A DNA stretch of 64,000 bases from Octopus bimaculoides (lineage: Eukaryota), in contig NC_068984.1 in assembly GCF_001194135.2 (NCBI RefSeq), positions 25,110,142 to 25,174,141 of the forward strand. The letters run 5' to 3'. Below, piece by piece: positions 63,111 to 64,000 of the stretch (its first letter is position 1; every line of letters starts with the position of its first letter). The notes under the pieces were generated by a model that was given only the letters and a program-made list of their open reading frames with translations, was not told where the DNA came from and ran no database searches. Both the position numbers and the translations under genes were made by a program.

Positions 63111-64000
63111 CATCAAATTACCAAAGCATCACCAGAAAATTTCCTTTTTCGATCAAGAATAAAACTTCAGAACTTCTAGCATTAACGTTGGCTTGAAATG
63201 CAGATCTGGAGAGATTGTAGATGTTTGCGATTAGATGCGTGCAGTGTACGTGAGGTAAGATAGGCGGAACCTCAGCCACACTCTTCACGAGCAGAGAACA
63301 CATGTACAAATTCTTCTGGGTGGCTAACAGAGCCAGAGTTGCTATTTTTGGCAGAGAAGTGGTTAGATAAAATAATTGAGGTAGTCAGAAAAGGTGAAGG
63401 AGCTGTCGTAGACAGCAACAGTGATCTCTGCATATATCCTCAATAAAGATCGATAGACGAAAAAAAAAAAAAAAGATCGTTTGTATGAGATTCTGCTGCA
63501 GATTTCTTCCATAATGAATGATACTAATCTCATTTTTCATGGCTGGGGAGTTTTTATGTTGGTCAACATAGTAATGACAACACTGACTTGAGGAAGCTGA
63601 CTAACCACCTGATAACCAGCTAAACAAATGAACGCAAGTCAAATAGAATCCATGATAATCAGAAACCTGGATAAACAGATGGTTGTGAATACTAAATATT
63701 TTCTCAAAGAAGAATGTACCACTCTCCCCAGGAAGAAAATGGGAAACAGAGAACAAAATCAGATTGCTTGAAAGAAAGATGACAGATATATGTAACTCGG
63801 AGGCAGGCACGTAGCCAGCCGATTGCAATTCGGCGGTGGCGAGGGCTATCTTTATAGCTGCGGGTGCTGAACAGAACTCTAAAAACCGTACTGTTTATAA
63901 AATTTGAATACGTTTTTCAAGAAAATTCCACAAGACAAAATGATAAAATCAGGTTACATTTATCTAATACAAGTGCAACCTACGGCAACGCAATGCCAAA

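Noticed and set aside
63118-63309. Minus ORF with PHVHCTHLIANI, reminiscent of a transposase CxxH motif
   Set aside because: Short, no flanking DDE residues; resemblance too weak to call.

Overview
AT-rich, repeat-dense eukaryotic DNA with nine N-gaps. It is most consistent with intronic or intergenic sequence of an octopod cephalopod (inference from the SINE families, the RTE LINE 3' ends with (GAT)n tails and the dense (GT)n/(AT)n/(CT)n/(CAT)n microsatellites). I cannot support any host protein-coding gene, true tRNA/rRNA gene or CRISPR array. The window is a layered transposon landscape: (i) many 5'-truncated RTE-clade LINEs and their 3' UTRs, including a ~2.3 kb copy with RT and a PHD-like finger; (ii) at least three tRNA-derived SINE families, one CORE-type; (iii) a full-length but dead Hsmar1-like mariner, deleted mariners, Tc1 and Tigger fragments, and hAT-, piggyBac- and GG-ended MITEs with target-site duplications (TSDs); (iv) Penelope-like element (PLE) remnants. 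The most interesting signals are three or four minimal type-I hammerhead ribozyme folds with non-canonical cores in putative PLE remnants (20.7, 26.4 and 57.3 kb; a weak one at 34.9 kb), two long near-perfect fold-backs associated with PLE sequence (12.9-13.2 and 57.1-57.4 kb), and two structured hairpins in apparently non-repeat DNA (21.65 and 43.9 kb). All family assignments were made by eye from recalled motifs and need database confirmation; many boundaries are approximate.
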